The position numbers were made by a program, and so were the translations under genes. Below the pieces are notes generated by a model. That model saw only the letters and a program-made list of their open reading frames with translations. It was not told the DNA's origin and searched no databases. This document shows, piece after piece, positions 1-13,085 of a stretch of DNA of 64,000 nt. This DNA is from Octopus sinensis (taxonomy: Eukaryota), in NCBI RefSeq assembly GCF_006345805.1, contig NC_042997.1, positions 156,922,001-156,986,000 on the forward strand, written 5' to 3'. Positions within the stretch are counted from its first letter, which is position 1; every line of letters starts with the position of its first letter.

Positions 1-72
1 ACACAGAAAGGCAGTGCATTTGAATAGCAATATGGTCATAAAAAGTATTAAAAGCAACTCATTCTAACAACA

Positions 73-284
73 CACACACATATATATATATACATACATG
101 CATATATATATATATATTATATATATATATATATATACACACACACATATATATATACATACATACATATATATATACACACACACATATATATATATAC
201 ATACACACACACACATATACATATATACATACACACACACATATACATACACACACACACATATACATACACACACACACAAAC

Positions 285-333
<49 letters not shown>

Positions 334-447
334 CACACATATATATATACATACATACATATATATATATATACATATATATACATACATATATATATAC
401 ATATATATATACATATATATATACATATGTACATACACACACACATA
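73..447. repeat. Compound (TA)/(CA) microsatellite
   Basis: Direct reading; source of the artefactual YI/TH ORFs. Confidence 0.97.
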
Positions 448-784
448 TATAAAACAATACCCAGTATTTCTCTCAGAGATTCCCTTCCTTTGCTACCCAT
501 GTTAATTCTCCTGAGTCCAGTTAATTTGTTATGGTATCATTGTAGGGGGTGGGGCCACACAGTATTTCTATTATATATATATATATATATGACATGTACA
601 CACACACACATCATTACATAGGGATTTTATTTGTCTTAGAGGTTGGGTTTTATTTTCCTTATACTGTGAGAATTACCACTAAGGCCTTTGCTATCCTGCT
701 GTTTGTTGGTTCGTAGAAGCTTGCCTGCATAGTTAGTTCCCAACAAATGAAATGATTTCCCACACTGTTGTCTTGCATTCTCAC

Positions 785-819
<35 letters not shown>

Positions 820-857
820 TCACCACCACCAACACTACTACCATCATCATCATCATC

Positions 858-890
<33 letters not shown>

Positions 891-897
891 GGTGGTG

Positions 898-944
<47 letters not shown>

Positions 945-957
945 GGTGGTGGTGGTG

Positions 958-993
<36 letters not shown>

Positions 994-1011
994 GTTGTTG
1001 TTGTTGTTGTT
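785..1011. repeat. Mosaic trinucleotide microsatellite (ACT/CAC/CAT/AGT/GGT/GTT)
   Basis: Direct reading. Confidence 0.97.
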
Positions 1012-1825
1012 GCAGAGACTGTTTAGCTCCATGTCTGCCCCGAAGGAGAAGACTTATGATAAAAAGAAGTATTCCATCCACGACCATCTTGCCTTTCTTT
1101 CCAGACTACAGTACGCAATGTGTCTCCTTTTTGGTAAGATGATAAGCATCTTTGATTTAAGGGATATTTAGCTGCTAATTCTACAGCTTGATTAGTAGTA
1201 GGAGTTGTTGTAATCACCGCTTTAGTTGTTGTAAACAGTTAATGAGAACAGTTAATAAGATTGAACATGGATTGAATATGAATCAATTGAATATGGAGAT
1301 ATAATAGCATCAAAATATGTGAGGATCTTATTGCCATTGTTGAGCCTTAGGTCTGCCCTGACCCAGAATACTTCTGATCCATTTCTCTGATGGTAACAAG
1401 ACCCAGTCTTTTTCTCCACTTAATACTTTAATTTTTGCTAAATTCACTTCAGGTCCTCTTGATTCCAGCTTTTATTTCCATGTCTGGAATTTCATTCCTA
1501 ATTCTATAAAAGTTAGATCATCAACATGAAAAAAAAAAAAGCTCCCAAGGGCAGCCAGTCTGTAACTCCTCTGTTCATTATGGTTAGGAGGACCATAATG
1601 AACAGAAAGAAGCAGAGGAATGATATTTTCAAACTAACTGGTTTCTGCTCAATTTCTGTTTACAGTTTCACTCACAAGGTTTTAGTTTACCTGGGGCTAT
1701 TGTAGATGATACTTGCTTCAGGTGTTGTGTTAAGAGATCAAACTGGAACAACATTGTTGCAAAGAAAACTTCTCAACCAGAGGGTCAAGGCTGCTTTCAC
1801 ATTTTGTTCCTACCTCCCACTCACT

Positions 1826-1885
<60 letters not shown>

Positions 1886-1888
<3 letters not shown>

Positions 1889-2122
1889 TCATCATCTTCA
1901 TTTAGTGTCCGCTTTCCATGCAAGCATGGGTTGGACAGTTCAACTGGGGTTTGGGAAGCCAGAAGGCTGCACCAGGCCCAGTCTGATTTGGCAATGTTTC
2001 TATGGCTGGATGCCCTTCCTAACACCAACCACTCCGTGAGTGTAGTGGGTGCTTTTACGTGCCACCAGCACAGGTGCCAGATGAGGCTGGCAAACAGCCA
2101 CGATCGGATGGTGCTTTTTACG
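1886..2122 (-). mobile_element. RTE 3'-tail fragment
   Basis: Reverse complement of the LINE 3' UTR at 18320-18552, beginning with (CAT)n. Confidence 0.85.
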
Positions 2123-2650
2123 TATACAAATATACACACAGGTGAACACATAATTACAAAGTAAGGTGAAATAAATAGTACTCAAATACCAAAGGTAAAG
2201 TTATATGCTTTATTAAAGCTGCAAAGTTATGACAAGATGGTTCCTCAGAGTTTCATGTTCCCATTCATTGGAAAGTTGTGTTTAAAGGCAAATCGTATCA
2301 CTAGGCAAATTAAAGTGCATCTTAGTCACTCTTTCTCCACTAGAGAACACCTAAATGTCAGCTCAGCTATAGTTAGACAAACGTGTAAGGAACAGGGCTG
2401 AACAATTTAAAATTTTGAGAGATAGACCTCACTAGAGCCATCACGTTGCTATCTCAGTTTTCATTAAAACTGCCATATGAACAGAAATGTGATACTCTGA
2501 ATAACAATCTTGTGATAATTTTTCAACTTTAATAAAAGTATATACATATGTGTGTGTGTGCATATATATATATATATATATACACTACACACACAAATAT
2601 GCAAAGACATGTATGGTTTGTTAAAGAAGCAGGTGAAAAGAACTACATAC

Positions 2651-2709
2651 CTCTATTCCTATACACAGCGACATTACAAATGTTATTACATATATTACAA
2701 GATCAATCT
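2651..2709 (-). CDS. SLC26A11: SLC26A11-like exon G (59 nt, phase 1 to 0)
   Basis: Acceptor ttttcttgtcttgtttttcag, donor gtatgt. Encodes (K)IDLVIYVITFVMSLCIGIE (compare LDLLPLCVTFLLCFWEVQ). I did not find the next exon (YG...) in 1-2650, so it is probably beyond the window. Confidence 0.92.
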
Positions 2710-3029
2710 CTGAAAAACAAGACAAGAAAAGTAGGAAAAATATGAATATGACTATGAACTATATACATTGCTGAAGGACTATATATATATATATATAGTT
2801 GAAATTTACAGAAAAACAAAAGACAAAGACAGGAGTATAAACAACAAACAGGTGTATTAGTTTAATGTTAGACAAGGTGAGAAAATCTTTTATATTTCGA
2901 ACCTACACTCTTCAACAGAAAGGAACATGAGGAAATAAACAGAGAGAGAATAAAAAATCTTTTGGAGTTGCAGTCAATCAAGGTGGCTGTATGTATATAC
3001 ACACACATATATATATATACATACACATG

Positions 3030-3061
<32 letters not shown>

Positions 3062-3082
3062 CACACACATGTGTGTATGTGT

Positions 3083-3385
3083 ATCATCATCATCCTCATT
3101 TAACGTCTGCTTTCCATGCTGGCATGGGTTGGATGGTCTGACAGAGAACTGGCAGGCCAGAAGGCTCCACTACACTCCAATCTGATTTGGCAAGGTTTCT
3201 ACAGCTTGATGACCTTCCCAATGCCAATGATTCCAAGAGTGTAGTGGGTGCTGTTTATATGCTACCAGCATGGCAGCTAGTCAGGCAGCACTGGCATGGC
3301 CACACTTGAATGATGCTTTTTATATGCCACTGGTACAGGTGCCAGTCAGGCGGCACTGGTATCGGCCACACTTGAATGATACTTT
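3083..3385 (-). mobile_element. RTE 3'-tail fragment
   Basis: (CAT)n-tttaacgtctgctttccatgctggcatggg... matches the RTE 3' end. Confidence 0.8.
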
Positions 3386-4505
3386 TTGTCTATTAATATA
3401 CATGCAGGTGCTAAACTAATGATATTCTTAATTAACTGAATCTGGAAAAGTACAGAAATGGAAGTTAAAAAATATTGTAGATGAAGTAGGAATTTGAATT
3501 TAAATGATATGGCTTATAGCAGGGTTCAGATTGAAAAAAGAATAGAGTAAAGATTAAAGGATGTCCTTGGGTAGCAAGTTGGCAATGTGGTTAAATTTAA
3601 AGGGCCATTTCCTTTCCCCTACAACACTCTCACATGTGCCTGGCATATTGAAATCAAACCAAATAGTTTCTGTTGAGACAGAAGAAGGTTATTTAAATAC
3701 TGAGAACTTTTGGGAAAAAAGGTTTGTTGGTTGGTAGTTTCAGGGTATGAAATGTCAAAGAGTATTGGAGCTTCATGTACATAGACACCAGATTCTTTGT
3801 CACTAGCAGGCATAAAGTTTTATCTTTCAATGAGTTCTTGCCAGTCCCTAAAACCATCACATCACTATAACTCATTATTTCTGAGCTGTTAGGATACTCC
3901 TGCCTATTTGACTGTTACTAGGCAAATTAAAGTGTATCCTAACCACTTTTACCTCACTAGATGAGCTCATATTTCTAAACACCTAAATGTCAGCTCAGCT
4001 ATAGTTGACAAAACATGAGACGAACATAGCTGAACATTTTCAAATTTTGAAAGACAGGCTATATATTTATTATATATGTATGTTCAACATTCTGTCATCA
4101 TACACTGTATGTTAATTTATAAAGGGTAAATACAGGAAGTCTAATATAGAATTTTCTTCATAGGGTGAGTTAGAATCTATCTAAAGAAAGGGTATACTTT
4201 TACATTTAAATAAAACTAAAAACAACATATTCTTTTATATTTTAATTCCAGTTTCTGCTTCAATGTTTTTAAACCTCTATTTGTTCTGTATTTTACCAGA
4301 TTCCATTAAGAATATTATCACTCCTGTACCTTTGGTTTCCTGCTAGTCCACTCTTTTTACAGGCAACACTTTTTACAGTGAAAAAATAATTGTTATTGAG
4401 AGAAAACTAAAAAAAGCAAACAAAATAAAACAAATTAAACTATTTTTCATTTTGGGATTTGGTTTGCAAGATTCTTTATATGAGTTCGTGTGTTGAAGCA
4501 TATTC

Positions 4506-4650
4506 TGTTGTGTCTGGGGAGAGTCATTTTCTTTTTGTGCCTTATAATGTAACACACTCAAAATAAAAATAAGAAAAAAGTGGAAATTTTACTGGTGAGT
4601 TTGTTACATTATAAGGCACAAAAAGAAAATGACTCTCCCCAGACACAACA
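4506..4650. repeat. Perfect 49-bp inverted repeat with a 47-bp spacer
   Basis: 4506-4554 is the exact reverse complement of 4602-4650. Confidence 0.97.
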
Positions 4651-5121
4651 AATTAAACTATTGTTAAAAAGCTTAAACTGTAGTAAAAAATGCAAGCGTA
4701 AATGTAAATGTAAATGGTATAAAACGCCAAATGAGGTACCCGAGATGAAGGAGAGAAATGCCAATAAAGCAGCAGATGAATTAGATGAGATCAGTCAGAA
4801 AGCATTACAACAAATATGAGTCAACAAATTTGAAGCAAAAGAGCTCTTGCAAATTCCACATTCTTGAGAAATACCGTGAACACACTGCAAGTTTCCTCAT
4901 CACCATGGACAAATGTTTTAAATGTTGCAAATAATGTTAATTTTTGAAAATCCTTTTGATACCAACCTCCACTCAGTTACCTAATGTATAATTGCGTGTT
5001 TTTTTCTCTGACTCATGAAAACTTATTGGACAACTATATATATATATATATATGTAGGTCCCGGGTTGAGTCGGGGTTAACCACAGTAAATAAGGTACTC
5101 AATACATAGCAGAGTAAATTA

Positions 5122-5233
5122 ATTTATTTTATAGAAGGAGCTTCTACAGGGCTAGAACTGTTTCATTCAAATGAAGATGATTTCATTTGAATGAAACAGT
5201 TCTAGTCCTGTAGAAGCTCCTTCTATAAAATAA

Positions 5234-5235
<2 letters not shown>
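5122..5235. repeat. 54-bp inverted repeat with a 6-nt loop
   Basis: One mismatch (5151 G / 5206 T). Confidence 0.96.
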
Positions 5236-5304
<69 letters not shown>

Positions 5305-5565
5305 TATATATATACATATATATACATACATACATACATATACATACATGCATATATATACATACATGCACATATATATATGTATACACATGAGAAAAAC
5401 GCCCCCCCCCCGTCGTCCAATGGATGGTGCCGAGTTGTCAAACATTTAAACCAAATTTTCCCAAAACAACTTGTCCAACCGTCCCATAAGCCTCCTCTTT
5501 GAGAAACACTGTTTTAACCTAAATTTGAGACACCAGCAAATGAAGAAATAAAGATAGACTTTTTC

Positions 5566-5726
5566 TCGATCATCCCATAAGTTCTGTCTGTATTTTGAAT
5601 AAAGAAAACAAGCAATCAAATGTTATATTTATTTGAAATTTAATCATCAATGTACTTTCCCTGATTATCTATGACTTCCTTCCATCTATTTACAAGCTTT
5701 TTAATCCCATCAATGTAAAACTCTTT

Positions 5727-5727
<1 letters not shown>
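5566..5727 (-). mobile_element. mariner transposon 3' end fragment
   Basis: Minus frame KEFYIDGIKKLVNRWKEVIDNQGKYIDD*, followed by TIR-like cagacagaacttatgggatgatc. Confidence 0.75.
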
Positions 5728-5775
<48 letters not shown>

Positions 5776-6251
5776 ATTTAGGAATGGTCATTTTGCCAGT
5801 TCAGCCAATAAAAACACACGCACTATATATTTGGTGTTACTTTGCTTCAGTGTTATTTATTTTTTAGTAAGACAACAAAAGAAAGAAAGAGACCTCAATA
5901 TTATGTAAATAGAGGAATTTATCTGTAAATGTAATATGTGACAATTTTTCGGTAGCCATGATAAAACTCCGAGTTTTGGATGCTGAGGTGGAAATCCATG
6001 CCGCCATCTCTTCAGTTATCTGGCCATCGGAAAAATGCCTTTTTTAGGATGCCCTTCCTAACACCAACCACCCCACAGAGTGAACTGAGTGCTTTTTATG
6101 TAGTACCAGAAAGAGTTATATCAATTTTGGCATGATTTTTACAGCTGGATGCCCTTCCAAACACCAACCACTTTACAGTGTGGACTGGATTCTTTTTACA
6201 TGGCATCAACACTGACAGGATCAGCAAGTAACTAGCAACATTCGATGGCTG

Positions 6252-6312
6252 GATAACTGAAGAGATGGCAGTGTGGATTTCCACCTCGGCATCCGAAACT
6301 CGGAGTTTTATC
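6252..6312 (+). ncRNA. Candidate type-I hammerhead ribozyme motif (Penelope-type repeat)
   Basis: GATAA-CTGAAGA-[GATG...CATC]C-GAAA-CTCGGAGT-T-TTATC: helix I GATAA/TTATC, intact core, near-palindromic helix III ACUC-G-GAGU. Activity untested. Confidence 0.55.
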
Positions 6313-6344
6313 ATGGCTACTGAATAATTGTCACATATTACATT

Positions 6345-6399
<55 letters not shown>

Positions 6400-7362
6400 T
6401 AGACAGATGGATAGTGTAAAGATAATAAACATTAAAAAGAACAACACAGGAAAAGAAAAACGCAAATGTGACAAATATGGCACTTGTTCAGCAGTTCAGA
6501 AGGAAAAAGAGAGTGTCTTTATATTTTGGATGTTAACTCCTCATCAGAAAGAAAGAGAGAAAGAGAGAAAGAAAGAAAAAAGAGGAATAAAGAAAGAAAA
6601 GAGAAGTATAGGGAGAGTGTGAAAGAGAATTGGTGAGTGTTTGAAAAATAAAAGTGGGGAAGGGCACAAGTAGAAGGTAAAGGGCCAGAAACCATGCATA
6701 TATATATATTTGGTGTTGGTTTAATAATTCCTTGTTGGTAGTTTACAATATTAGGTAGGTTGTATGTGAAGACAAGAGTGACCACATGTTAACCTCCAAC
6801 ACTTATATCAACATATGTACATATATTTGATTTAATTGAACAACATTCATAAGATAAGGCATTCAGCTGTAGAAATATCTGCCACAACGAATTTCCTGTG
6901 ACTCATGCAAGCATGGAAAAGTGGATGTTAGAATGATGATGATGATGATAATATATATATATATTTGGCTTTGAGCCTGAGGATCGAAAAGAAGCCAAAT
7001 AACAACAGTGTTTAAAGTCCAACCCCACTTTTGGAAAGTTGTGATTCTACTGTAGTGAAGATGACATGACTAAAATACAAAAAGAAAAAAGAAAAAGAAA
7101 AATTCAATAAAAATCCTGCAAAGAGACATGCTTGGAAATATGTACTCTGAAATCTGCAGTAAATACATTCTATTCAAGACTGGTAACTCTGAATTCGAAA
7201 TGAAACGGTGTAGAAGGATACTTTAGTTGGAACAGACAACCTCTCTAGTACTGGTGGCACAATAAAGTACCCTTAGTCCATGTTGTAAAGTAGTTGGTGA
7301 TAGGAAGGGTTTGAATCAATAAAAACCATGGCAAAAATTATGATAGAAAAACCTAATTGCTT

Positions 7363-7607
7363 CATTTCATCTATTTACAAGCTTTTTAATCCTATCAATG
7401 TAAAACTCTTTTGGTTTCATATTGAAGAACTCTGAAATGTCAGTTTCGAGCTACTCCTGGCTTGCAAAAGTTATGTCTCCCAAATGATTCTGTAAACTAC
7501 GAAACAAATGGCAGTCTGAAGGAGCAAGGTCGGAAGAATAAGGTGGATGAGGAATTTTTTCCCCAACCAAGGTCTTCGATCTTCTGTGATGTGATCTTGG
7601 CATCATG
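7363..7607 (-). mobile_element. Internal mariner transposase fragment between 17-bp direct repeats
   Basis: IPHPPYSSDLAPSDCHLFRSLQNHL (YSPDLAP.D motif). Flanked by GAAAAACCTAATTGCTT at 7346-7362 and 7608-7624. Confidence 0.85.
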
Positions 7608-8257
7608 GAAAAACCTAATTGCTTATACAAGACTAACATCTACCATGCTGTATAGTAGTGGGATAGTCAGGTGAAATCTTTCCTTAGAGTCAGTTACCAA
7701 AGACTTCAGGGATGTCATCACGAATATAGGCATGATGAAAAGTGGTTTGGAGAGATTGTAGAGATGTCAGAGTGGAGGTTAGTAGATGTGTGCTGTGAAC
7801 AAGATGAAAGATGGAAGGCACATCAGCCAGCCTCCTCACAAGTAGGGAACATGTCAAGAGTCATGGAAAGTGGTTGCTGAAAAAGGACAATGTGTGGAAG
7901 ACGCAAAGAAATCTAGTAAAATATGTCTTGTTTTGAGCACTCAGCTCTTGATGGAGTTGTAAGCATGTCAATGGCATTTCTTGAGTATTTTTAGAGCTGG
8001 CAGATCCAATCCCTCCTCAAGTCTGATCACAGTCAATTTCCTCTGGAAAGAGGAAGAGACAGACAGAGAATAAAAAAGAAGACATGTTTTTTTGTTTTTT
8101 TATCAATGTGTGTATTTGTACATTACATATATTACACATATAGGTTTTAGTCTCTTGCACAGATCTTAAATGCTTTGCATGATGAAAGTTATAATTTTAC
8201 CAAAGCTGAATCAGTTATAAGACTTGAGACAAGAAAACAACAGGTTCAAATGATATG

Positions 8258-8633
8258 TAGTAGTTGGTACTCTGTCAGTTATAATGACAAGGGTTCCAGT
8301 TGAATTGATCAATAGAACAGCCTGCTCAATAAATTAACATGTAAGTGACTGAGCACTCCACAGACACGTGTACCCTTAACATAGTTCTCGGGGAGATTCA
8401 GTGTGACAAGGCTGGCCCTTTGAAATATAGGTACAACAGAAACAGAAAGAAAGAGTGAGAGAAAGTTGTGGTGAAAGAGTACAGCAGGGTATCCCACCAC
8501 CCCTGCCGGAGCCTCGTGGAGCTTTTGGGTGTTTTCGCTCAATAAACACTCACAATGCCCGGTCTGGGAATCGAAACCGCAATCCTATGGCCATGAGACC
8601 ACTGCCTTAACAACTGGGCCATTGTGCCTCCAC
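8258..8633 (-). mobile_element. SINE family C copy
   Basis: Reverse-complement homology to 45837-46150. Confidence 0.82.
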
Positions 8634-11600
8634 TTCAAATGATATGAAAACAGATAAAGTATCAGTTGCTTTCATCATGACCACATTACCATTTACACTG
8701 TAGTATTTTGCTGTTTTCTTTTCTCAAATTAGCAATATTTTATCTTTTACTTGTTTCAGTCACTGGACTGCAGCCATGCTGGAGCATTGTCTTGAAAGGT
8801 TTAATTGAGCAAATCAACCCCAGTATTTAATTTTAAGTCTGGTACTTACTCTATTGTTCACTTCTGCCAAGTCATTAAGTTTTGAGGATGTAAATAAACC
8901 AACACTGGTTGTCAAGCAGAGGCAAAACACAAACACACATACATATATATTTGTCTTCAAAACAAGACAAATGGAACCTGGGCAGCTTTCCTGCTGGCCA
9001 GTTCCAGTCAAACTGTCCAACCCATGCCAGCCTGGAAAACAGGGGTATGATGATGATGATGATGATGATGATATACACGCATACAACAGGCTTTGATAAT
9101 TTCCATCTACCAAATTCTCTTACAAGGCATTGGTCAACCTGAAGCTATAGTAGAAGTCTTTTGCCCAAGGTGCTGCATAGTGGGACTGAACCTGAAACCA
9201 CATGGTTACTGAGCAAGCTTCTTAATTATATAATCATGCCTGTGCCGATATGATAAATATTGTTTTTTTTTTCTCGTTAACTGTACTATTTTGTCTTTCA
9301 GGATAATTCATTGGTCGTTACTAGCAAGATAGTAGCAGTTACAATAATAACGATCATTGATTTTCTTTTGGTTTGTTAGTGATAATATTTTTAATATATT
9401 TTAATAGCTAAAAAATTGATATATTCTAAATATATATTCTAAATATGACTATAAATAAATATGTAATGATGGAAAGACAATATTTGGATATGTCTAGGCC
9501 TTATTCTGATCATATCAACAATACACAACCTCCACAGTACTTGCTGAAACAGTGACGAAAGAATCAAAAAAGAAATGAACAAGATGACTCATCTGTTCTG
9601 TTAGAAGACTTATTTCTGTCTCAAACTTGTGTTTATGATGTCTAATATAATTTGATGGTAGTCTCTCATAGTCTGAGAAAGATGGTTCTGCACTTTCTTG
9701 CTGAACAAACCTGTAGAGATGATTTGTTTATAGTGAGCAAATGTTTGTACTGTACATTAGGTCATTCCTTCTATCAAATCAGTGTTGCCTGAACAGGTTC
9801 AATGACTCTGAAATTGACTGCTGTGATTGTAAACCCCGTATTTGCAAGTTATTGAAGTATAGCACAAGGAGTGATTGAATATGCGCTGGAATGTCTGTTT
9901 AGGTTCACTCCAGCAGAAAACTCTGGCCCCTGAATGAACCTTCAAGTTTTGCCTTGTATTCTAAGTAATTTACTTTCAATGGGTTGATCCCAGTTGAAGA
10001 AACTTCCCATTAAAGATATCCCCACCACAGCCTTCCCCTCTTTTTTAAGGATTCCTATACCAACATTATTCAAGATGCAGGAAGAATGGTTTTGTATTTC
10101 TCACAGACTGAGTGATCATTTAAAGTCTCCCTCATTGACTCATCATTATAAAGGTGATCTGAAAATGTGATTGTTAATCAACCTGTGATGATGCAATATT
10201 CTTTGTATTTTGTTATTAATTGTTGAAGAGATATTGAAGGTTCAGGTAGAACAAGCAATAATCTATGACAGACCTAATAATATAATTTTTGCATATTGGT
10301 ACTGTTCCTCAAGAAAGTGAATTTTGGTTCTGGTTTAGTGCTGAGTTAACCCTGATTGAGAAGACCTATGATAAAAGGCATTCCAGCCATGACCACACTA
10401 GCTTTTTAAAAGTAAGGCCAGCTGTACATTATTTGATGAGTCCCTTCCTTTCCCATGACAGTAAAGAGATTTGACAGCTTTTACTAGCAGGTTGATAGAT
10501 CACAGACTTGCAAGTTAGTAAGCTGTTATCTCTAGAATAAAGAGGTTATTTAATTGCCTCTCTACAGGAACATGTAGTATTGTTGTTTCTGGACAGGGAG
10601 AAAAGTTACTGTAGGAGGCAGGCAGTTAGCATTTGATTCCTTTGGATGGGATAGTGATCCCTAATTGGCTGGAATGATTGTTAATAGACATGGATAAAAT
10701 AGGGCAGGAACTACTAAACAAGGGGTGTGAAATAATTGCAATTGGTCAAGAAAAGCAGGATAGATTACTAGGGATAGTTAGGGCTAATAGTATATAGGCT
10801 TCAGAGTTTAGTGAAAATCTTATAAGCAGGAAACAGAAACGTCAGTAAACTTTTCAGGTTGAGTAATAGCTGCTTTTTAGTGAGAACCATAGCAGCAAGT
10901 TGAGTTATTAAGCTTATCTTATGGCAAAGCACAATATCTGAAACCATTCAACCAATGTATTACATGGAAGATAACCAACTGTTTTTTCTTGGTCTGGAAT
11001 TTGTGTTTCTTGTTATTAGAATCCAATGGTTTGATTTAGTGAAGAACACTTTAAAAAAAGTAACATAAATATATAACTGATAAATTTATCTAATGCATAA
11101 AAAGTCATGGAAATACAATAATATGGATAAAGATAAGAAGCTCAACTAACCATCAATGAAGCAGTTATTCTAAATTTATATTTCCTGATTTTATGATTCC
11201 TTTACCATTAAGCAAGAGTAGATATCTGTGCAATACCTAGTGGGCAACACATGTGAAAGAGAGAAACATCTTTAATGTTAGCTCCCAAATTGTATTTATA
11301 TACACTGAATTAAATACAGGGATATGTTCTCTTCCTTAGTAGGCTACCAACACTCACACTCTTTAAATATTGGGTGTGTGTTCTCACCTAATTAATAATC
11401 AAAAACCACTCCCCGCTTTGTGGATTTTATTCTACCAATGCCTTGCTTTGTTGTCTGAAGCAGACTTAGTATTTTCCAACGTTGTTGACATACATTATAA
11501 ACTCTCATTGCATGAACTAACAAGGTCAAAGAAAGGTTTTGATTCCAACAATAGCACCAGCAAGGTCTTTATGAACTACAAGTGAAATGCAGAGAACAAG

Positions 11601-12399
11601 ATACACATTGTTTAGTTTGTAGTTCTCACTAAATACTAATTAAAAAAAACAACTTTGAATATACTGTTAATTGAAACCTTGTACCAGATACATATGAGCC
11701 TGAAGTGCTTAAGAAGTGTCTATAAAATGCTGAAAACATTTAACATGATAATTAAGTCAGTGCTGTAAATAAGTAAATACTTAATCAATATTATAAATGT
11801 GATAAAATAAACATTGTTCCCCAACACTATTTACTATCTCACAATTGTTCTCAAGCTATCTTTCAAGGACATCAATGCTTCAAGGGTTATTATCTATTAT
11901 AGTGTGTCTTATAAGCTCCTTAACATCCATAGACCCATTTTGAGGGTCAAATTCCTTATAGCATTCACTAAAGATTCATTGTATATAAATCATTGAGATT
12001 TCATCTGCTACATCATGAAAATCAGAGAAAATCTCACAAACTGACTGGCCTCTTCCTGCTTCATACTGAGCATGAAAATTAGTTTATTATGAACCTCAAG
12101 CTTTGTATTTACAAAGGTTTGAAGAAAAATACTTTTTTTTATATTCAGGAAGGAAACAGCACACTTAAGGATAATTAAGAACAAACTATGTATGACTGAA
12201 CAAAATTGTAAAGTTTTCAGAGGTTCATAAGAAACATTTGATATGGAGATGCTCAGTTTAGAAACTTCATAAATTTATGTACTTATTCAAAGCACCTGAC
12301 ATCGTTGACTGTTGATCATCATCATCCTCATTTAATGTCTGTTTTCCAGAAATATCAATGCATGCACCACACAAATCTTGCCTCTGAGGTCCTGCAAGA

Positions 12400-13085
12400 A
12401 CCTTTTTGATTGAGACCAGTACACCTGTTATTTTATCCAAGCATCTCCATAATGGCCCTGATGATGTGCAGTTTGTCAGCTCCATCATCTACCTGGGCTC
12501 CACAGACACCAACAACGGAGAACTAACCCTGGAGATTAACCACAGATGTGGTCTGGTAGCTGGGGTCATGTACTCCCTATGGAATCCCTTTGGTGTCACT
12601 GCTCTATCTCCCGGAAGACAAAGCCCCACATTAACAATGCAGTAGCCCACTCCATTCTCCTCTATGGAGTAGATAGCTGATCCCTCGAAGAAGACCCTGG
12701 CAAAGAGGATTGATGGCTTTGATAGCAGAGCCCTGGGAACCATCGAGAACATCAGCTGGTACCATTATGTTTTCAATAAAGGACTGCATGTACATACCTG
12801 CCTACAGCCTCCCACCTCAAAGCTACCCATTGCATGTGCTGGTACAGATATGTCCTTGGTCTCCCACTTGATCATTATATCAGGGCTTTGCTCTCATTTC
12901 AATGCAGTAGCTGCAGGCTGGAAGAAACCTTGTGGCAGGCCCCACACCAGGTGGCTGGACATGATTGGAGAAGATCTCCAGAGGTTCAATGTTACCTTGG
13001 AGGATGCAGAGGGGCTGGTATGGGACTGCTACTAATGGAGAGCACTGGTGAACCTGGTCAGCTCCAAGCATGATGACATCTCTGG
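12400..13085 (+). mobile_element. Decayed RTE/RTE-X-like LINE C-terminal fragment (a different family from the 14.4-kb element)
   Basis: Broken frames give FVSSIIYLGS...LEINHRCGLVAGVM, KRIDGFDSRAL and GWKKPCGRPHTRWLDMIGEDL, typical of post-RT RTE domains. Confidence 0.75.

Noticed and set aside
59-505. Long ORFs of YI/CV/TH repeats (also at 659-1142, 34.4-35.1 kb and elsewhere)
   Set aside because: Translations of di- and trinucleotide microsatellites; no coding signal.
1570-1606. 15-bp stem with a 7-nt loop (TCTGTTCATTATGGT / ACCATAATGAACAGA)
   Set aside because: Real but short and isolated, with no family or functional context.
7930-8080. Strong minus-strand acceptor followed by RKLTVIRLEEGLDLPAL, superficially STAS-like
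   Set aside because: The frame stops after ~24 codons with no donor. It lies upstream of exon G, so it cannot be a STAS exon in gene order.
9302-9460. Plus-strand acceptor, a short ORF ending TAG-TGA-TAA, and an AATAAA
   Set aside because: It could be an antisense terminal exon, but I found no partner exons or recognisable protein, and such motifs are common in AT-rich DNA.
9500-12250. ~2.7 kb of repeat-poor sequence with interrupted protein-like frames on the minus strand
   Set aside because: Possibly a very old TE, but I could not recognise any motif. A tBLASTx or HMM search would be needed.
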